Shown here: positions 62,098-64,000 of the stretch, piece by piece
How the letters are laid out: each line of letters starts with the position of its first letter
Numbering within the stretch: the first letter of the stretch is position 1
From: an uncultured delta proteobacterium
GTDB taxonomy: Bacteria > Myxococcota > Myxococcia > Myxococcales > Anaeromyxobacteraceae
Assembly: GCA_963828255.1 (NCBI GenBank)
Contig: CAWHDZ010000012.1
Location: forward strand, 1-64,000
Reading direction: 5' to 3'
Length of the DNA stretch: 64,000 nucleotides
Notes under the pieces: model-generated
Databases searched by the model: none
The model's input: only the letters and a program-made list of their open reading frames with translations
What the model was told of the DNA's origin: nothing
Made by a program: the position numbers and the translations under genes

Positions 62098-64000
62098 GTG
62101 GACGAACCCCTCGATCCGCGCCCCGGAGCGCGACCGACGCTCCGCCTGCCGGAGCGGGTGGCGGCATCGCTGCTGCTCGTCGGCGCGGCGGTGGCGACCG
62201 CCTTCCTGGCCATCCCCCTGGCCCGCCTCGAGATCCCGGGGGAGGAGGCCCTGGGGCTGCCCGCACCGGCCACCATCCGGGCCCCGCGCGACCTGGCCAT
62301 CCCGGACGAGGAGGGGACCCTGCGAAGGCGCCGTGAGGCGGCCGCCGCCGAGCCCCGCGTCTTCGACAGCGACCTGGGCGCAGGCGCGGAGGTGGAGGCC
62401 CGGGTCCACGGCGCCTTCCAGCTCATGCGCGCCACCGAGGCCCGCTGGCAGGAGCGGCGCGGTGCGGGGCGCAAGGAGACCCGCGCCGAGCAGGCCGAGC
62501 TTCTCCGCGAGTTCGCAACCCGCCGGCACGACTTCGCCTCCCGGCTCCAGCTCCTGGTGGACGACCCGAGCTTCGTGGCGCTCTCCGAGAGCCGCTTCGA
62601 CGAGGGGACGGAGGCGAAGCTGCTCGCGCTGACCCGCCGCGGCCTGGCCGCGCCGGTGGTGGAGGACCGGTCGCTCCTCGCCGCCGACCGGGAGCGCGGC
62701 ATCCGCATCCGCGACGTCCAGGGCGGGTCGGTCCGCGGGGAGCGCACGGTGCGGAACCTCGACGGGCTCGGCGACCTGGCCGAGGCCCGCGCCGGCGTGG
62801 ACCGCGAAGCCGGGGCGATGCCCGATACCCCCCCGCGCCTTCGCGACGCGCTGGCCAGCGTCGCCTCCGACCTCCTGCGCCCGTCGCTCGTGCTCTCGCA
62901 GGCCGAGACCGAGCGGCGCCGGTCGCTGGCCGAGGCGGCGGTCGCACCGGTGGTCGTCCCCATCCGGCGCGGCGACGTCATCGTCCCCGCCGGCGAGCCG
63001 ATCGAGCGGCGCCACCTGGCGCTCCTGCGCGGCATGAAGGAGCAGACCCGGCACTTCGACCGGGCCGCCATGCGGGTCGGCGCCGGGGTGCTGGTGGCGG
63101 CCACGCTCATCGTGCTCTGGGCGGCCGCGGCGCGGCTGGGCGGCACCATCCGCCCGCGCCGGCGAGGCGCCGTCCTCCTCTCCGCCCTCTACCTGGCCAT
63201 GCTGGCGGCGGCGGCCGGCGGCGTTGCGCTCGCCGACCTGCTCCACGACCAGCTCGGAACCCTGGGCATCGAGCCCCTGTCGCTGCTCGTGCCGGTCCCG
63301 GCCGGCGCCGCGGTGGCGGCCATGCTGCTCTCCCCGGCGGCGGGCGTCCTGCTCGCCATCGCCGTGGGCTCGTCGGTCGGGCTCCTGGGCGGGCCGTCGG
63401 TCGTCCTGGGGATCCAGGTCACGCTGGCGTCGGTGGCCGCCGCGCTCCTCCTGGCCCGCGCCCAGCGGCGGCGCCACGTCTGGCGTGCCGGCCTCGCGGT
63501 GGGGGCGCTCCAGGCCGTGCTGGTGGCCGCCGCCTGGCTCTTCGCCGGGAGGGCCCGGTTCGAGGTCCCACCCCTCGAGCTGGTCGCGTCGCTGGTGGCG
63601 TCCTTCCTCTCCGGCGCCCTCATGCTGCCGCTCGCGGTGGTGATCCTGGTGCCGCTGCTGGAGCGGGTCCTGGGGCTGGCGAGCGACCTGCGGCTGCGCG
63701 ACCTGGCGAGCCTGAACCACCCGGCCCTGAAGGAGCTCATCGTCCAGGCCCCCGGGACCTGGCACCACTCGGTGGTGGCGGGGTCGCTCGCCGAGGCGGC
63801 GGCCGGCGCCATCGGCGCCGATGCGCTGCTGGCCCGGGTGGGCGCCCACTACCACGACCTGGGGAAGGGGACCGACCCGGCCTCCTTCATCGAGAACACC
63901 CGCGGTGAGAACCGGCTGGCCGACCTCCCGCCGGCGACCGGCGCCGAGCGGGTGCGTCGCCACGTGGACGACGGGGTCGCCGCCGCGCGCCGCTGGAAGC
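62098..64000 (+). CDS. 7TM-HD (HDIG, PgpH/YqfF-like) phosphohydrolase, partial (missing from the ORF track, no stop in the window)
   Basis: Open frame from GTG 62098; TM + extracellular domain + multiple TM; QAPGTWHHS..AEAAA.AIGAD.LLARVGAHYHDLGK. Confidence 0.9.
   Translation, partial: MDEPLDPRPGARPTLRLPERVAASLLLVGAAVATAFLAIPLARLEIPGEEALGLPAPATIRAPRDLAIPDEEGTLRRRREAAAAEPRVFDSDLGAGAEVEARVHGAFQLMRATEARWQERRGAGRKETRAEQAELLREFATRRHDFASRLQLLVDDPSFVALSESRFDEGTEAKLLALTRRGLAAPVVEDRSLLAADRERGIRIRDVQGGSVRGERTVRNLDGLGDLAEARAGVDREAGAMPDTPPRLRDALASVASDLLRPSLVLSQAETERRRSLAEAAVAPVVVPIRRGDVIVPAGEPIERRHLALLRGMKEQTRHFDRAAMRVGAGVLVAATLIVLWAAAARLGGTIRPRRRGAVLLSALYLAMLAAAAGGVALADLLHDQLGTLGIEPLSLLVPVPAGAAVAAMLLSPAAGVLLAIAVGSSVGLLGGPSVVLGIQVTLASVAAALLLARAQRRRHVWRAGLAVGALQAVLVAAAWLFAGRARFEVPPLELVASLVASFLSGALMLPLAVVILVPLLERVLGLASDLRLRDLASLNHPALKELIVQAPGTWHHSVVAGSLAEAAAGAIGADALLARVGAHYHDLGKGTDPASFIENTRGENRLADLPPATGAERVRRHVDDGVAAARRWK

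Overview
GC-rich bacterial chromosomal window; gene content and synteny suggest Myxococcota, probably Anaeromyxobacter-like (inference). The left half (1-36.6 kb) is accessory. It holds a Cys-type arylsulfatase followed by three outer-membrane beta-barrel genes (one fused to GLG1-type Cys-rich repeats) and DUF2252. It also holds a complete 1695-bp IS4-superfamily element with 16-bp perfect TIRs, a 5-bp TSD and a divergent SEC-C passenger gene. Further genes are a plant-like subtilase, two hemerythrins, a bactofilin-like/degenerate M28 peptidase fusion, msrB, TerB, a small HD hydrolase, tRNA-Arg(CCG), a 5'-nucleotidase, and a tetraheme cytochrome c/NrfC/NrfD module preceded by an FNR-like box. 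The right half is mostly core: yceD-rpmF-plsX-fabH-fabD-fabG-acpP-fabF, rpiB-glyA-nrdR-ribD-ribE-ribBA-ribH-nusB, asnS, leuS-lptE, rpsT, mazG, a TPR protein, a DUF4388 protein, phoH and a partial 7TM-HD phosphohydrolase. Two opposite-strand genes interrupt the core blocks: a lipoprotein between fabF and rpiB, and a DUF222-like/HNH nuclease with a repeat-containing upstream region between phoH and the HD gene. Two -1 frameshifts in G6 runs (DUF481 gene, fabF) look like long-read homopolymer errors. All family calls come from motif recognition, not database searches.
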